DNA of 51,633 bases, counting the filler, from Bipalium vagum (taxonomy: Eukaryota): assembly GCA_037834085.1 (NCBI GenBank). It is 3 parts of 3 records of this genome, joined end to end, with 100 filler letters (N's around TTAATTAATTAA, not from the genome) between each part and the next. Parts side by side here need not be neighbours in the genome. Positions count along the whole stretch, not along the records: positions 34,990 to 51,633 come from JBBMKC010100556.1; 2 more parts are not named here. One strand, written 5' to 3'. Every line of letters begins with the position of its first letter. Position 1 is the stretch's first letter. Under the pieces are notes generated by a model. It had not been told where the DNA came from, searched no databases, and saw only the letters and a program-made list of their open reading frames with translations. Positions 37,458 through 51,495 of the stretch are shown in pieces. The position numbers and the translations under genes are program-made.

Positions 37458-38719
37458 TTTTCATTCAGACTTTATGGACAAAGTATTTATTTTGCTGATT
37501 TTATATGATCTATAACTTTAGATAATTATTTAACCTTTAACAATATTTAAAATAATTTTAAGAAAATCGGATAATTTTAAATAACTTAATTTATATAGCT
37601 AGTTTAAACATCAAAAATAATTTCAGAAGTAGTTTATTGTAATTTAAATAAAATTTTTCATATTATTTTATTTATTACAAATCATTTTTAACAAAAAAAA
37701 TGTTACTATAAAAAGTTTATCTGTTCGAAAAAAATTCTTAATAATAATTAGAATTAGAATAAATTATTACTCTGATAAAACTCTTCTAATAATAAAATAA
37801 AAATAATATATCGAATAAATCATTTTTGTCTATTTGCTGCTTGATTAATTATTCGAATAAAAAACTCGATTAATTATAGAAATTGGCGGATCTCAGTATC
37901 ATTCGGCTAAATTATTATTTTTTGATGGACTTTTATTTGCCAATGACCGGATTGATTGATAGTGGATATTTAAGAAATGTTAGAGATCAAAGAGGTAAAA
38001 AAGAAAAAGATAGAAGAGAAAATATAATCTTTGAAATTTTAATTTTAGAGAACTGAAGAGAAGATTTAATTTTTTGTGGAGGAAAAGACTTACGAGATTG
38101 ATTATTGTGAATGATTTTGAAAACATAGAAAGGTTTTTGCAACTGACAACCTATACTCATGATGACAAAGAATAAATAGTCAACTTTTTGTATCTTGGTG
38201 ATTTTTAGACAACCGCAAGATGTCTAACTGATATCACAATTGTTGACTGACATTTCGTGTTGGTGAGTCTGATTTTGATTTTTTGTGTTTGTTTGTTATC
38301 TGTATTTGATTTCTATCATCGATTTATCTAAATTGATATATATAAAATAATTGGTGACATAGTTCTATATAATGAAAATTGAAGTTAATTTGTCTGAAAA
38401 TCTATTATCATTTTCTTTTCATTATTGTCAATGAATATTGAATCAAACTTATCTGTTTGACAAGAAATTATTCTTTCAACGTATAAATTGTTCTGTTATA
38501 TTATACGATCAAAATGGACGATACTGCAAACATTTATATACATATATAAATATATATATATAGGATATGTATGCATGTGCATGAATATGAGTGTTTTTAT
38601 AAACTCTTATTTTATCTTATTTTCCTCAGCAACTCATACTCCCGATCTAAATTTATAAACATATGAAACAAATTTATTTATTTATTATTTAGTTTTTTAA
38701 TATTAATATAAAAGCAAAA

Positions 38720-39270
38720 ACTTTAAATATAAATCTGAAGGCAACATCAGAAAATAGGTTTTTAATTGGAAAGAATTTTCTGCGATGGATACTCATAAGG
38801 TTTCGATTAATGGCGAAATGAAGAAATCAAGAGTTTAAGACGAATTCAAGAAAATACAAAAATGCAGAAGAAACCAGCGCCAAGGAATCTAACAAATTTC
38901 ATTTTCATTAAGATCTTATGAACAAATAACCGATAAAATGTGGAGAAGCTGAAACAAATTTTTGATAAAGACTGCGATTTGTCCATTAGATCAATCGCTG
39001 TACTCACTGGCATCAATTATTTATCAAATTATAACTCAAAAGCTGCTGATAAAATACCCCCATTCTAAGTGGATTTCTCATTGGATATCAAATAATCACA
39101 AGCTTCGGAGAGTAAATGCAGTAAAAGAGTTTTTCCGAAATCTGCAAGATCATATTGTAATCATTGACGAAAAACGGGTGTATAGTTTAATATCTCGACA
39201 AAATGCTGCATATTTGGTTGTGATAGATCATGAGCAGTTAACAAAGGTGAAAAGAATGATAACGGTTACT
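38720..39270 (+). mobile_element. mariner 5' half relic
   Basis: SKWISHWIS...HIVIIDEKRVY, eroded WVPHEL and IVTGDEKWVY motifs. Confidence 0.6.
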
Positions 39271-39689
39271 TGATAAAGAAAATTTTAAAAGATAAAAACG
39301 GCCTTAATTTAATGATTTTAGTTTTATATTTCTATTGAATATTAAAAAATTTGGCACATATTTTCGATTTATGATCTTCAATAGGGTCTTTTTCTGATTT
39401 GTTTTTACATTTTTGTGTATGAGTTTATCTTTTATTCCAAAAACAAATCTTTTTTTTTTTCAAAATCTCCTCTGTTCATTAGCTCTTATATACTCTCATA
39501 TACTCTCCATTCGTCATCACTGAAATACTAGGTCGATTGCGCATTGTCTTTCTAAACAGTGCTTCTTATACTTCAAAAATGTTAAAAAATGGATTGATGT
39601 GTGGATTTTATTGAAACAGAAAAATGTTTTTTTATCACAAAATGTTTCTGGGAACTCTATAGCAATCCCCGATTATAAAATGCATAAGA

Positions 39690-39850
39690 AGGAAATTACT
39701 GAAAACATAGTTTTGCGAGTTTCTAATGATCACACATTCATGAAACGAATCACAACAGGTGATAAGAAATGGGTTTACGAATTTCATATGTGAAATTCTA
39801 AATAATTATCGGAATGGTAGTACAAAAATTAATAGAAACACTTTGCAGTT
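39690..39850 (+). mobile_element. mariner fragment
   Basis: DHTFMKRITTGDKKWVYEF...SEW. Confidence 0.6.
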
Positions 39851-40397
39851 GATCAAAAATAGAAATAATAATAGAAGAAAAAACAAGTTTCAAATGAAAA
39901 TAAATTTTAAAAATTTTTTTATATTAAAAATATTTTTTATTGTGATAGTCCACTATTAACCTTTGCCTCTGATATTCAGTAGATATGAGTTTTCCATGAG
40001 TGTCCATCGTGTATTATTTTATGGCGACTTTCAGCTATATTTATTTTTATTTTTGAAAAATTATTTTAGCATCTCCTCCAGTGATAGATTGAAAAATATA
40101 TTGTTGAGCTGAATTATTAATTATTTATTTTTAATTATTTTAATATTATTATTATTTATTTATTTAATCATATTTTTTTGCATTTTGATCAGTAATTTCA
40201 ATATCACTTTGACTATATCGATATAGTTCATAAAATATCATTAAAACTATTTATATTGATTGAAAAAAATAGAAAAATGAAAATCGATAAATTGTATATA
40301 TATTAATAAATATTGAATTTCGCATTGCACATAATGTCAGAAAATTAAAATAAAATTAAAGAACTCAAAGAACCCAGGACAATAAAATTCGATATAA

Positions 40398-41318
40398 TTA
40401 TGATATAACACAATCCAACTTGATGGGTTCTTTAATCCGACCGGATTTGGAAACAGACATTTTTGCAATACTTGGTCTACTGTTTCTTTTCAATTTTTGA
40501 TTGTACGGCATAACATTGACAGAAGACCCAGGTGAATAAGGAATTGGGAAATTCGGTGAATTTCCATATGGGGGTGATGAGGAAATTGACGATGAAGCAG
40601 TACTTGATTGCTTGATCAAATCTGGATTGAACTGATTATTAAAAAATGATCTAAATTGTTGGGTCGGAGAAACTGTCAAAGCTGCAAATGCACTAAGTCG
40701 TCTAATATTAGAACTCATTCTCTGCTTGGTTTCTTCATCATCAATTATAGTTGGGAATCGTTTTTCGAATTGAAAGTATAAATTATTGAAAGCATCCCAA
40801 ATACCATCTTCTTCTTTGGCCGATGTAACAATAAATTGGTCTTTGGAAAGATGCGACTCTTCTAACCAATGATGGATTTCATCTTCATAGAGATTTCTTT
40901 CATTGGTTAAGTCAAGTTTGTTTCCTAAGACAATTAAAGGGATATGACTCGTGTATAGGCTATCCTTAGCGTTAACAATCTGGTGAATTTCATTGATTTC
41001 ATTAAGGATATCTGTCAAATAATAAAGTGACTCTTCATCTGTCAGAGAAAAGACAAGAACAAATCCAACAGCTTTCTTGATCGATAATTTCCGCATCGCT
41101 GGAAAATAATACAGACCTCCTGTGTCAATGAATTGCATATCCAAAGCCCGGCCATTGATTTCAAATTTTCTATTGTATACATCTTCAATAGTAGATCGAT
41201 ATTCTTTTTCAAAACTCTGATTCAGAAATTGTTTAATTATACAAGACTTTCCAGTTTTACCACTTCCAAAAAACACTACTGTCTTTATGTGTTTATTTTT
41301 TTCCACAAGGCTTTCCAT
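40398..41318 (-). CDS. Ras-family small GTPase, Di-Ras/RASD(Rhes)-like, single exon, with C-terminal extension and CaaX
   Basis: G1 GSGKTGKS, G2 STIED, G3 DTGG followed by FPAMRKLSI (DIRAS/RASD signature), G4 NKLD, G5 TSAK and C-terminal CVIS. Confidence 0.9.
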   Translation of the reverse strand: MESLVEKNKHIKTVVFFGSGKTGKSCIIKQFLNQSFEKEYRSTIEDVYNRKFEINGRALDMQFIDTGGLYYFPAMRKLSIKKAVGFVLVFSLTDEESLYYLTDILNEINEIHQIVNAKDSLYTSHIPLIVLGNKLDLTNERNLYEDEIHHWLEESHLSKDQFIVTSAKEEDGIWDAFNNLYFQFEKRFPTIIDDEETKQRMSSNIRRLSAFAALTVSPTQQFRSFFNNQFNPDLIKQSSTASSSISSSPPYGNSPNFPIPYSPGSSVNVMPYNQKLKRNSRPSIAKMSVSKSGRIKEPIKLDCVIS

Positions 41319-42687
41319 AGCAAAATAAATGAAAGAAAATATTATCTAAAAATAATGAAACTTTTTACAACAAAATCTATGTAAAATGTGATATCAATAA
41401 ATAAATCTTCAGAAAATTATTGTTGATTATTTTTAAAATAATATTGAACTCGAGGAAAAAAACTTTTATATAATGATAAATAATCTTAAATAGGAAAATA
41501 GTTATAATTGAAGAAAGGTAGTTGGTTGATTTATAAGTTCGTGCGTTTTAATGAAAATATTATACATGTCTTAGAGATGAGAATCTAGCAATCAAACAAA
41601 TTTTATTCAGAAAAATAAAGACCATTATGTTCAACTGTCTTAATCGAACAATGGGCAAGTTGTTCGATGCCACTTCGGTACCATGCCTGTGTGCAACTTG
41701 CTAATATTTAAAATTTGCTTTAAAGTTTATATAGAAAAAATCAACCCAATATATTTGACAAATACCATTGCTTTTTAAATAATTCATGATTTTTTCCTTT
41801 AATTTTTATATAAAAGTTTTGTTTTATTTATTTAATTAATAAAATTTTTAATATTATAAAAAATGTAAATAATTTTTGAGCATTTAAAATTCGGAGTTTT
41901 TAAATAAAAACTTCAGTAAAGAGAATATAATTTTAAGTTCAAAACAAAAATTAAAAATTAAAAACTTCACACTAAAAATACTAAGTAACCCATAAAAATT
42001 AAAATAACCAAAAATAAAATAATTATTTTCCTTTATTTTTGTTCAGTATTTCACCAAAAATAGTCTTCTAGCTCAATTAGGTCAATTGTAGGAGTTTTAT
42101 TCTTTTATTATATAATAATTACAGCAGTTTTGCTAACCATAAATTTAGCACTAAAGTTCTTTAATTTAGTTAAATTTACTCAAATGTATTTTTATAAAGT
42201 TGGCTAGAGATGTTGTTAAACTAGGATTTACAATTAATAGAGTGAAATTACTTTTAATACATTAAAAATATTTTTTTCTCTTTTTAAGATGTCGACGAAT
42301 GTACTTGCAGACCAGTAATAAAACTAATATTCAGAGTAAATTTTAATCATTTTATTAAAAATTATTACCAAAACAGATAAAAACAGATAAAAAACAACAG
42401 ATAAAATCACGAAAAGGGTATAAACCCATTTAGCTTATTATTTAGGTCTCTAAATAATCATTAGAATTATAGGGATTATTCAACTTACGCTGAGATGCCA
42501 AAATAAAGATTGGAGCAATTTTGTAAACAAAATTTATTTAAAGGTTGGAAAAGATATTATTAAGTTTAATCTTTTGTGCTTTGTGTTTATTTTGTTTTAA
42601 CAGACCAAAAGGTATTTTAATATTTCAAAATGAAAAATAGTTCAATTACTAATTTTATTAAATTTGTATTACTGTTCTTAATCATTG

Positions 42688-43080
42688 TACAAGGTGTTCA
42701 AAATGTCACTACACAATTTTAAAATTTTGTCAATGTAAGAGAAACCAAACTTTGTCTACATTACCAAACGAAAGTTTACAATATTACAAGGTGTGCTCAA
42801 ATTGGTGGTCATTATTATTTCTATACATCATGAAACGAGAAACTATTTCATTTATTTCATGGCAAGCGTCCACATTTCTTTGATACAACTGATTAACGTT
42901 GGACATGGAATGACAATAAACAATGTTCTTTAGATAAGTCCCCCGGCAAAAATCCAATGCTATGATATTTGGACTCTTGGGTGCTTAGCTAATCCAGCTT
43001 CCACATCCAATTTACCTTTGAGTAAATGTTTATCAAAAAACTTACGTACTGCCAAACTTCAGCACACAGGCGTTTGTATT
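42688..43080 (-). mobile_element. DD41D/DD37D-like ITm 3' fragment with terminus
   Basis: TA|CAAGGTGTTCAAAATGTCAC terminus; eroded WPPRSPDLxxLDFFxWGYLK region at ~42925-42995 on the minus strand. Confidence 0.5.
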
Positions 43081-44096
43081 TCTTTCATTTTGTGATCGCG
43101 GTGTAACTAAGACAAATATTATTTAGTATAGTACTCTAAATACATAAAAATTATTTCTTTAGTTACCAACATCCTGAATTTATAAATACTGTAGTTATAA
43201 AAGCATTAAAAATATTTTTATAGATGTTTTATTATTATAAACACAGGAAATCGATAAATAATGATCCACTTATTATAAGTTGTTGTATGTAGTCAATGAA
43301 GATGAATAAAATTTTGGATGGACTTCTCAAATACATTGAATATTTATTTAATTTTTCTTAAAATTAATCAATTAATATTGGGATTTTCCAGTATCAATTA
43401 TATTTGGTGCATTCTCACAAAAAATTAATTTTTTAAATATTTAATATAATATAATATAGAACCATTTCTATATATTTTTTATTTTATTTAAATTTTTTTA
43501 CAAGTTATATTACAGATTCTATTTTTCAATAGAAATATGTAGAGGAAATATGTTAAATTTATTTGATCTCATTAAAATAGATTTCAAAGCATTTTTGCAT
43601 TTATCTTTCCAGTTAAAATAATTTTAATAAAATTTAACAAATATTTTAGTTTTTTAAAAAATAGTAATTTTTTCTTTTTATATTTTATTTATTATTAAAA
43701 GATAAATTAGATTAAAAAATGAAACAAATTACACGTTTAATTTTGAATTATTGGTAGACTAAATCTATTTTGTGTAAGACTACTTATAACTTAAGCTGGT
43801 GATGTCAAAAAATTATTGATAACTTTTTTTCAGTTGATTTAACGCATTTTCTACTTTTTCATATTACCTAAGAAAGGGGAAAACTTCAAGTTTTAAAATT
43901 AGAATAACCGCTGACATGAGAGGAGGCCCAATGAGAAATATTTGAAGAAAAAATAAACTAAGATAAATATTTTTGCGTTTTCAATATGAATTTACTATTA
44001 CAAATAAATTATTCGGACTTTTAAAACTGACAAGTACACGATCCTAAGTTGTTATGAACGAAGAGATAAGGAATTCAGTTTCGGAATTTCGGATTA

Positions 44097-44975
44097 GTAC
44101 TGGGTGATATAAAGTAAATATCCGATTTTAAAATGAAATAAAGTTAATATATTCAAAATAAGACTGCGAATTTTTGACACATTAACATTTATTTATCAAA
44201 ATTTAAGAATTTTTTTACCTTTAATAGACAATTATAAAACGATTATAAAAATCTTTCATAACATTTTGACACATTTCTGGTGATATTCTATGTCTCCATT
44301 TTATATTGGTCTTTCAGATCTTGGATATCTTTCGGTTTTTTTCGATATGTCAGTTGTTTCAGATTTTCTTCATGACTTATATCAGATTTTCAATTTTTCA
44401 TCTTCGATCGATAGTCTTTCAGACCTCCAAATATCATAAACATTTCCAATCTCTTTGAATTTTGCAAATATCTTCTTCATTATACAGGCAAGATCTTTTT
44501 TTCATGCTGTCTGACTAATGTGACCGATTCCATTTTAGATATCAGTAAAACAATTTCCACTCTTTCTTCAAGGGAAAATATTATTAAAATTTGGATTCAC
44601 TGCAATTAAATTCGATTATATCGACTTATTGAACAATTGAACACTTATTAAATTTCAGAAAAATATTTCTTTGAAAAATATATTATTAACACCTGATCCA
44701 GTTCATGTCGCATAATCTAGATAACCAGAAGTTTTGTTCTTATGATGACACCATAAAATATTTTTCAAAATGGAATCCGTAGAATGCCTGAAAGATGAGA
44801 GCAAGTAGTGGTAACAGATGGACAATACCTCTAACAAAGTATGTGTTTAATTCCTATAATAAATATTATTAACTTTAGTTTTTTCTTCTTAAATATTTCT
44901 TCAAAAAAATTCTTGTTATTTATCTACACACATTTTGCTTAGCTCAAAAATCGGATACTTACCTTATACAGAACC
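44097..44975 (-). mobile_element. Internally deleted ITm (rosa-like) element with degenerate TIRs
   Basis: TATAAAGTAAATATCCGATTTT (44107) vs the reverse complement of AAAATCGGATACTTACCTTATA (44947); internal LKQLTYRKKPKDIQDLK. Confidence 0.55.
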
Positions 44976-47627
44976 TTTATAATATTCGAAATTATAAGAA
45001 AATACTGTTGCCTTTATTAATACCCTTATTATTATTCTGAAATCCAGAAAATATTAGTGAAAAAAAGTTTTTAAATTTACTGTCGAGAATTAAAAGTGAA
45101 AATTGCAAAAATCTGAAGAAAAATAATATCTCACTGTCCTAGTATTATTACTATCACTCAAAAATGAAATTTAAATTCTTAAATATTAAATAATAGATTT
45201 TTTCCAATCAAAGAATGTTTGAACGAAAAATAGTCCGGTGGTAATTGTAAAAAACTAATTTAAATAATTTGGAAATTCATATCGTTTTTCTTCATCAAAA
45301 ATAAAAAATTCAGAATGACCCGAGGTCAGAAGATATATATACGAGATATATATAACTCAAAAAGGGAGCTTTTTATCTTATTTATATTTCTCCTAAATGT
45401 TGATATAAATTAAAATTTTGACAAGTATTGATTATAAATAGAAATAATGATGACTTTGAGTAGAATTATGTTCAATTGAAGAATCATAAATAATATTATT
45501 AGGAAAATACGGCTTATATGTATTTATATTCACAAAAGAACAATAAATAAATATATCAAAGGTAACCAAATTTTAAAAGTATTTTTAAAAGAAAAAAAAT
45601 TTATTATTTTTACGTTTTTAAGGTACTCTAAATATAGGATAATTAAAACACGAAGAGATAATTATAGTTATCACAATTAATTCATAAAAATGTTATATAT
45701 GGAAAAAAACTATTTAAATTTTCACATATTTCATAAAGTCTAGTAATAATATTAAATTTCTAGGAAACACTTCTACTTCATTGAAGATAAACAGACGTCT
45801 TTGTGGATTTGGCATTTATGAAAAAATGACCAACAAAATTGCCCATTGTCCCATGGGTTCGGTTATACAGATAAGTGAAAGTATTAAATAAGTGATGGAA
45901 GTTGAAAAATATGAACGAGAATAATAGATCTATAAGAATCGATAATATTTTGAGGAAATCTTAAAAATTGATTATCGATCGATTCGATGGAAGATTATGT
46001 TTTACAATTTGAAAACTATTTTTTTCATTTAATGAAATAATCAGCTTCACCAAAGTTTATATGCAATATTTATTATTAAAAATTAAAATATTAAGGCGCG
46101 TACCATTTATAATAAAAATGATGCATAAATAAAAGAATAATCACGTTATAAAATCAATGTGTAAATATTTTATATTCGACATTTACTTATTTAATAAAAA
46201 ATTAAATCAATGAAAATAATTAATGTTATAAAAAAAATTTTCGAAGAAAATCTGAAAAATTAATTTTCAATTTTTCTCTAAATTCACTTTAGAAAGATAT
46301 GGGAGATAGCTGGACTGGTCTGTCCGATGAAGCTGATACAAGAGTCGATGTTAATTTATTAATTTCTTATTATTAATAAACAATGGTTTCTTTTTTTGAT
46401 TTTATTTCTCCTTGTGAGACGATGGTTTCCTTCTATTGCTTGGCTTACTGATTAACAATGTCCAAATTTCCGCTCATGGAGAATTCTGAATAGAATATCT
46501 GTAGTAGTTGAGATTTATCGATTTTAATAAAAATTATTTTGTTACACTCAAGTGAAAATCGGAAAATATATATTAATTTTGTTAAAAATATACAAAATAT
46601 ATTGTCCTTTAAAAATATAAATGACTTAAAGCACTTAACACTTTAGAAATTTATTAAAATATTTATATTTTTTAATTCACGGACACTTTACAAAATGTTT
46701 TAATCAGGTTTTTAATATTAATTTTCAATCGAGGTCAAACTTTACCATTCATAAATTGATTCATACATGAATAATGTTAAGACCCTTTTAGAATGGAGAA
46801 ATTTTAAACAACGAAATGAATTGGCATCAGTGTATAAAGAGAATCCATTTTTGCACAAAAGCAGGATAGTAATTGAAAGAATATTCTAACTAGGGTTGGG
46901 TGGTTTGAAAATGGATGAAATGATAAACTAGAATGATCCACAGGTGTATCTATTTCTTTAGAAAAATTATTTCTCTTAAACAAAAAACAATTAAGTTTAA
47001 AATGATCATATTAATGGTCAAATTATACCAAAAATGTCAGTATATTTCACCCGAACTTTATTAAGAGTTTGATTAGTTCTGTTTATTTCTAAAGATTTCT
47101 AAACCATTTCTTTGATACTGTCAAAGGGTGTGGACAGGATCATTTCCCATTACTCATTTACTGGACCAAGCAAGCCATTCTATTTATTACAGCGGCAGTA
47201 AATATAAACCAATTTTATATTTCATTTATAACAAAAGAGAAAATATAATGTAAGAATTTATATATTTTTATGATCACTCATGAATAATTAAATTTCATAA
47301 AATTTGGATATTGTTCATTGTAAAAATATAATTAAAAACGTCACTTGGTTGCAATAATTAACATTTAATTCATTCATTGATAATATTTTTCATACATATT
47401 AATTTAAAAATTGAAAAATTTTCATATTTGTTGCTCTTCATAAATCATATTTTGAATAAAACACTTTCTTGTCTTATGAGATTTTAATTTTATATTTGCC
47501 GATTAAAAATCCATTTCTTTTCTTACCAACCTATTAAATGACATTTTATTTTTGTCATTTGTAAAATCATTATTGTATTTTTTAATGATTTTTTTTCTTA
47601 GTTTTGACTTAGTTTCATATATACACT

Positions 47628-48300
47628 ACAATTCACGTAATATGAATGTATGTAATATGGAAAATCGTCTAATGTGAATGAAATTAAAGTCCCGAATTAA
47701 ATCCATACTTGAGTCTCATGAAAAATTTTGTCTAATATGAATTAAAAAATTTTATAAATCAAAATTTTATATAGAAAAAATTTTTTGTAATACGAATTTA
47801 ATTTATTTTAATAATATTTTATTGATTTAAAATTTGTTACAACTTTAAATGAATAAACAGAAAACAAGAAACAAAATAAAAATAGGTAAAAAATTCGAAG
47901 TAATAAAATACGATGTTGAAGATATGTAAGCGAAAAAGTGAAAGGTAATTTATAAATTAATTTCAGATAAATTTAAAATAAAGTCTTCAACACTTTAAGA
48001 AAAAATTCATGAAAAAATAAAAAAATTAGTTTAAATCAAGGATTATCTAAATCAATCAAAGAATAAAGGAAACAAAATATAATTTGACTAGCAAAGTATT
48101 AATAGCTTGGTTTTCTTTTATGCGGAAAACTAAACCTGAACTTAGTATTAAAGGCGTAATACTTAGTATGAAAGTCACAGACTTTGCAAGAAAATTCAAT
48201 GAAATTGAGAATAACAATGAAGTTGATATAAATTGGGTCAGCAATTGGAAATTACGATATGAAATAAATTGTAAAAAGATGTATTTAAAAATGAAATTTC
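47628..48300 (+). mobile_element. pogo/Tigger 5' relic (CENP-B HTH)
   Basis: VLIAWFSFMRK...SIKGVILSMKVTDFARKF...WVSNWKLRYEI. Confidence 0.7.
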
Positions 48301-51300
48301 AATATATTCGAAAGCAAACAAATTTGTATCACAATTTTGATTTGAAATAAATATTAGACGAACTATGTTATGATTTATTCGTTTTTTATTATATAACGTG
48401 CTTCATTTTTATTGGTTAATCATCTTTTATGAAATTCGAGTATTAAGAATTGAATGCGTGGTACCAAGCAGTTCATGTTAAACGAAATGAGCTTTTTCAC
48501 AAAGCCTTATTCTGGTTATCTCGTTTGACAAAAGAATCTAAAATTCATCAACTGTTCTCGCTTTCTGGATGTTCTCTAAGCTTTGAGGCATATTTTTCTT
48601 TTTAAGAAACCAATTCTGGAAAATTATCAAAAAAACGTCTGCCTAGAAAGGTTTTTATCCTCAATTTTTTCCAATTTGTTGTTACATTGTTAATATACGG
48701 CCTTTTATTGTAGTTGTTTTGAAATTCAGAAAATACAACTGAGATAACCATTTTTTCGAAAAACTAGATTCTCAAATTAATATTTTTGGTTAGAACTTAA
48801 CTTTGAGAGCACATTTAATATCCAAGTCTTGTACAATTCAAAATTTGTTATTGCAATTTTTGTATAATTACTAAAATAAAATTATCAATTTGTTTTTAAT
48901 TCCATGTTTCTGGTTGAATGGAAAAAAACTTTTATTAAACCTTGATTATCAACAAGTTCTTTGATTTTTTCATTAGGAGCAGCAAGGAGCGCTTTTCGAA
49001 AAAGTTTAATATTTAACTGAATCTATACCGTGAATGTTTTTCCTTTTAAAATCATGAAGCATTATACAGAATGCGCAAGTAGAATTGGCGTAATTTTCTA
49101 AATGTAAAATCTTATAAAAAATCTATGCTTTATTTTAAAAAGGTAATATTTCAGAATTTCAACAATCATCAGTGAACTAAATAATGGAAAAGAAAGGTCA
49201 TAGTGTATGCAATTTGTGTCGGAATGAATTATGTTGTTGAGAAACTGAAACTGAGAACCATTCAAAGAATCAGTTATTTGATTCAGTCTTTAACGTCTAA
49301 CTAGTTGGTAACAGAAAAATACTAGATCGAGCAGAACAGCGAGTTAGTAACTTAAGAATCATTAAAGATATGAAGCAATTCGATGACAATGATTTATACA
49401 TTTCAATGTGTCTGCTTTTTCGACAGAAACGTACCAGATACAGAGCTGTAAGACTCTGAATGGAAGATATTTGCTACTAGTCATATAAGATAAGTAAGGA
49501 CAGCTTACGAAATGTAAAGCATATCACAAAATCATTCATATTAATCATTTTTAAAAAGCAAGAAAATCGTATATTAATCAAATTATCTTTCAATTTAAAT
49601 GTATATTTTTTGCATGACAAATTATATCATTTCCATAGTCATTAAATATAATACTAATACAACCCAATACTTATCAAACTCAAGTGAATCTTTCACTTAT
49701 TTCCTGTTTAATTTTTGTTTTAATAATTCATATCATTTTTACAGATTTATAGTAGAAAATATATAAAACTGACAGGACAGTTGTTTCATCTTTTGTCTCA
49801 TTTTCATCACATGCTTCAGTCCGTGTTCTCTTTTAGTCCTCAATTCTCGAGGCTCCTTTACACGTTATTTCTAAATTGCTTACCACTAGCACTCTGAAAA
49901 AAACTGATGAATTCCCGACGCAAAAATATCATTTTAAGTTAAAACTTCGACAAAGAAGTTAATATTTTTGGTGGCTGGGTAACTAATTGAGTTTTTAGAA
50001 CAGATAAGTTGGACTTATCCTATTACGAAATATGCATCTGGAGTATTAGTTATAATACATTTTGTCACTTCAGCAAATTTTCGAAAGCGTTGTTGTTTTT
50101 GAAACATTTTGTAATTTAAAAATTAAGTTTAATCCGATATATTTTTTGTACATTATTATTAACATTTATTATTTAAAGATGGAAACTATTTCAAATGACT
50201 TTAGGTAAATAAAAAGTTAATAAATGTGAAAAATGAAATTATAGAATAGCTTTTGAAAAACTAATTAAAATAAAAATAAGGTAATATAATGGAAAGAATT
50301 TAGAATAAATGGTAGCCCACGTATTTCGAGAAAATAAAGAGAAATAAATACAAAATTATCTTAAGAAACCCACTTCCGTTCTAGAATATTGATTTGGATA
50401 GCAAAAATTACAACTGAAATGCTAACTTTCAAACACTATGTCACGTAAAGATCGATGATTCTTATTAAAACTTAGGACAATAGACTTTATGAAAATGAAT
50501 TGATTCCCACAAAAATGTATTGAGTTTATTGTTTTGGTTATTAAAACTTTGTGAAATAAATCAATTCAGAATTTCCCAATGTTTTCTTGTGAAATATTTT
50601 CCCACCAAAAAATAACAAAGATAAAAGGGAAACTGGTTATAAATGTTTGATAATGTTTTCCAAGGAAGCATTCATTTCAGTTTGCTATTTTCAAAAAGTC
50701 ATTTGTTTTAATTAAAATGATTTTTTCATGAATAATTTTGTATTTTTCAAAAAATTCTAAAATTTGAAAATTGTTTTTATTATTTCAGTTTTAAAATGGG
50801 TAATTTTGATTAGTTTTATTTTCAGAAATTTAATATCTTTTGAACATGGTTGCAATAAATAAAAAAAATTCTCATTATCTGTTTGGGTTTTACGGTATCA
50901 TTAGAAAAATAATAATAAAAATAAATAAAATAATAAAAAGTTTATCTTCTAATTTATTTATCTTACAACCCCAATTTGTAAGACGAATAAATTTATTAAA
51001 ATTTGCCTGAATATAGTTTAATTTTAAACTAATGGATAAGGTCGTAGTTTGTGAGAAAACAAACGAATTGGCAGAGACCTGCTATAAAAAACTTGCAAAA
51101 CTGAGATCTCCTGCCGATAAACAGGAGTTTAAAAAGTTTATCAGAGAGCATCAAAGAATGTAAAAAATACTTAATGTCGATATCAAAGTAATTATTCGTA
51201 AGTTTATGTCAATGATAATTCTCGGGTGACCGAAAGGATTTTCGTAATTTACTGAGAAGCTCACCTGATTACAGGTCGGTGATTATAGGATGACTGACTA

Positions 51301-51495
51301 TAGGAATTTAAAGAAAATTATATATTTAAACTGAAAATTTTTATTATAATACTTATTAATTCTCAAGTTATAAGTAACGAAGAATATATCCAAAGACTTA
51401 GATATTGAAATCTTGAAAAAAATTGAAAAAAAATATTTTGGATTGGAGTTGTTTAAATTGATGAAACAGTACTTAACCGCAGGATTTATATAATA

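Noticed and set aside
5500-41318. A neuronal gene cluster (GluCl + Kv2 + Di-Ras/Rhes-like)
   Set aside because: The three genes lie on different segments separated by artificial spacers.
42371-42406. Short AAACAGATAA tandem repeat as a CRISPR-like array
   Set aside because: About three adjacent 10-mers with no spacers, in a eukaryotic context.
46300-46350. Hammerhead-ribozyme-like CYGATGA core
   Set aside because: The core reads CCGATGA, and there is no stem II followed by GAAA.
48440-51310. Further TE-like fragments
   Set aside because: Probably transposon debris, but the motifs are too eroded to assign a family or boundaries by eye.
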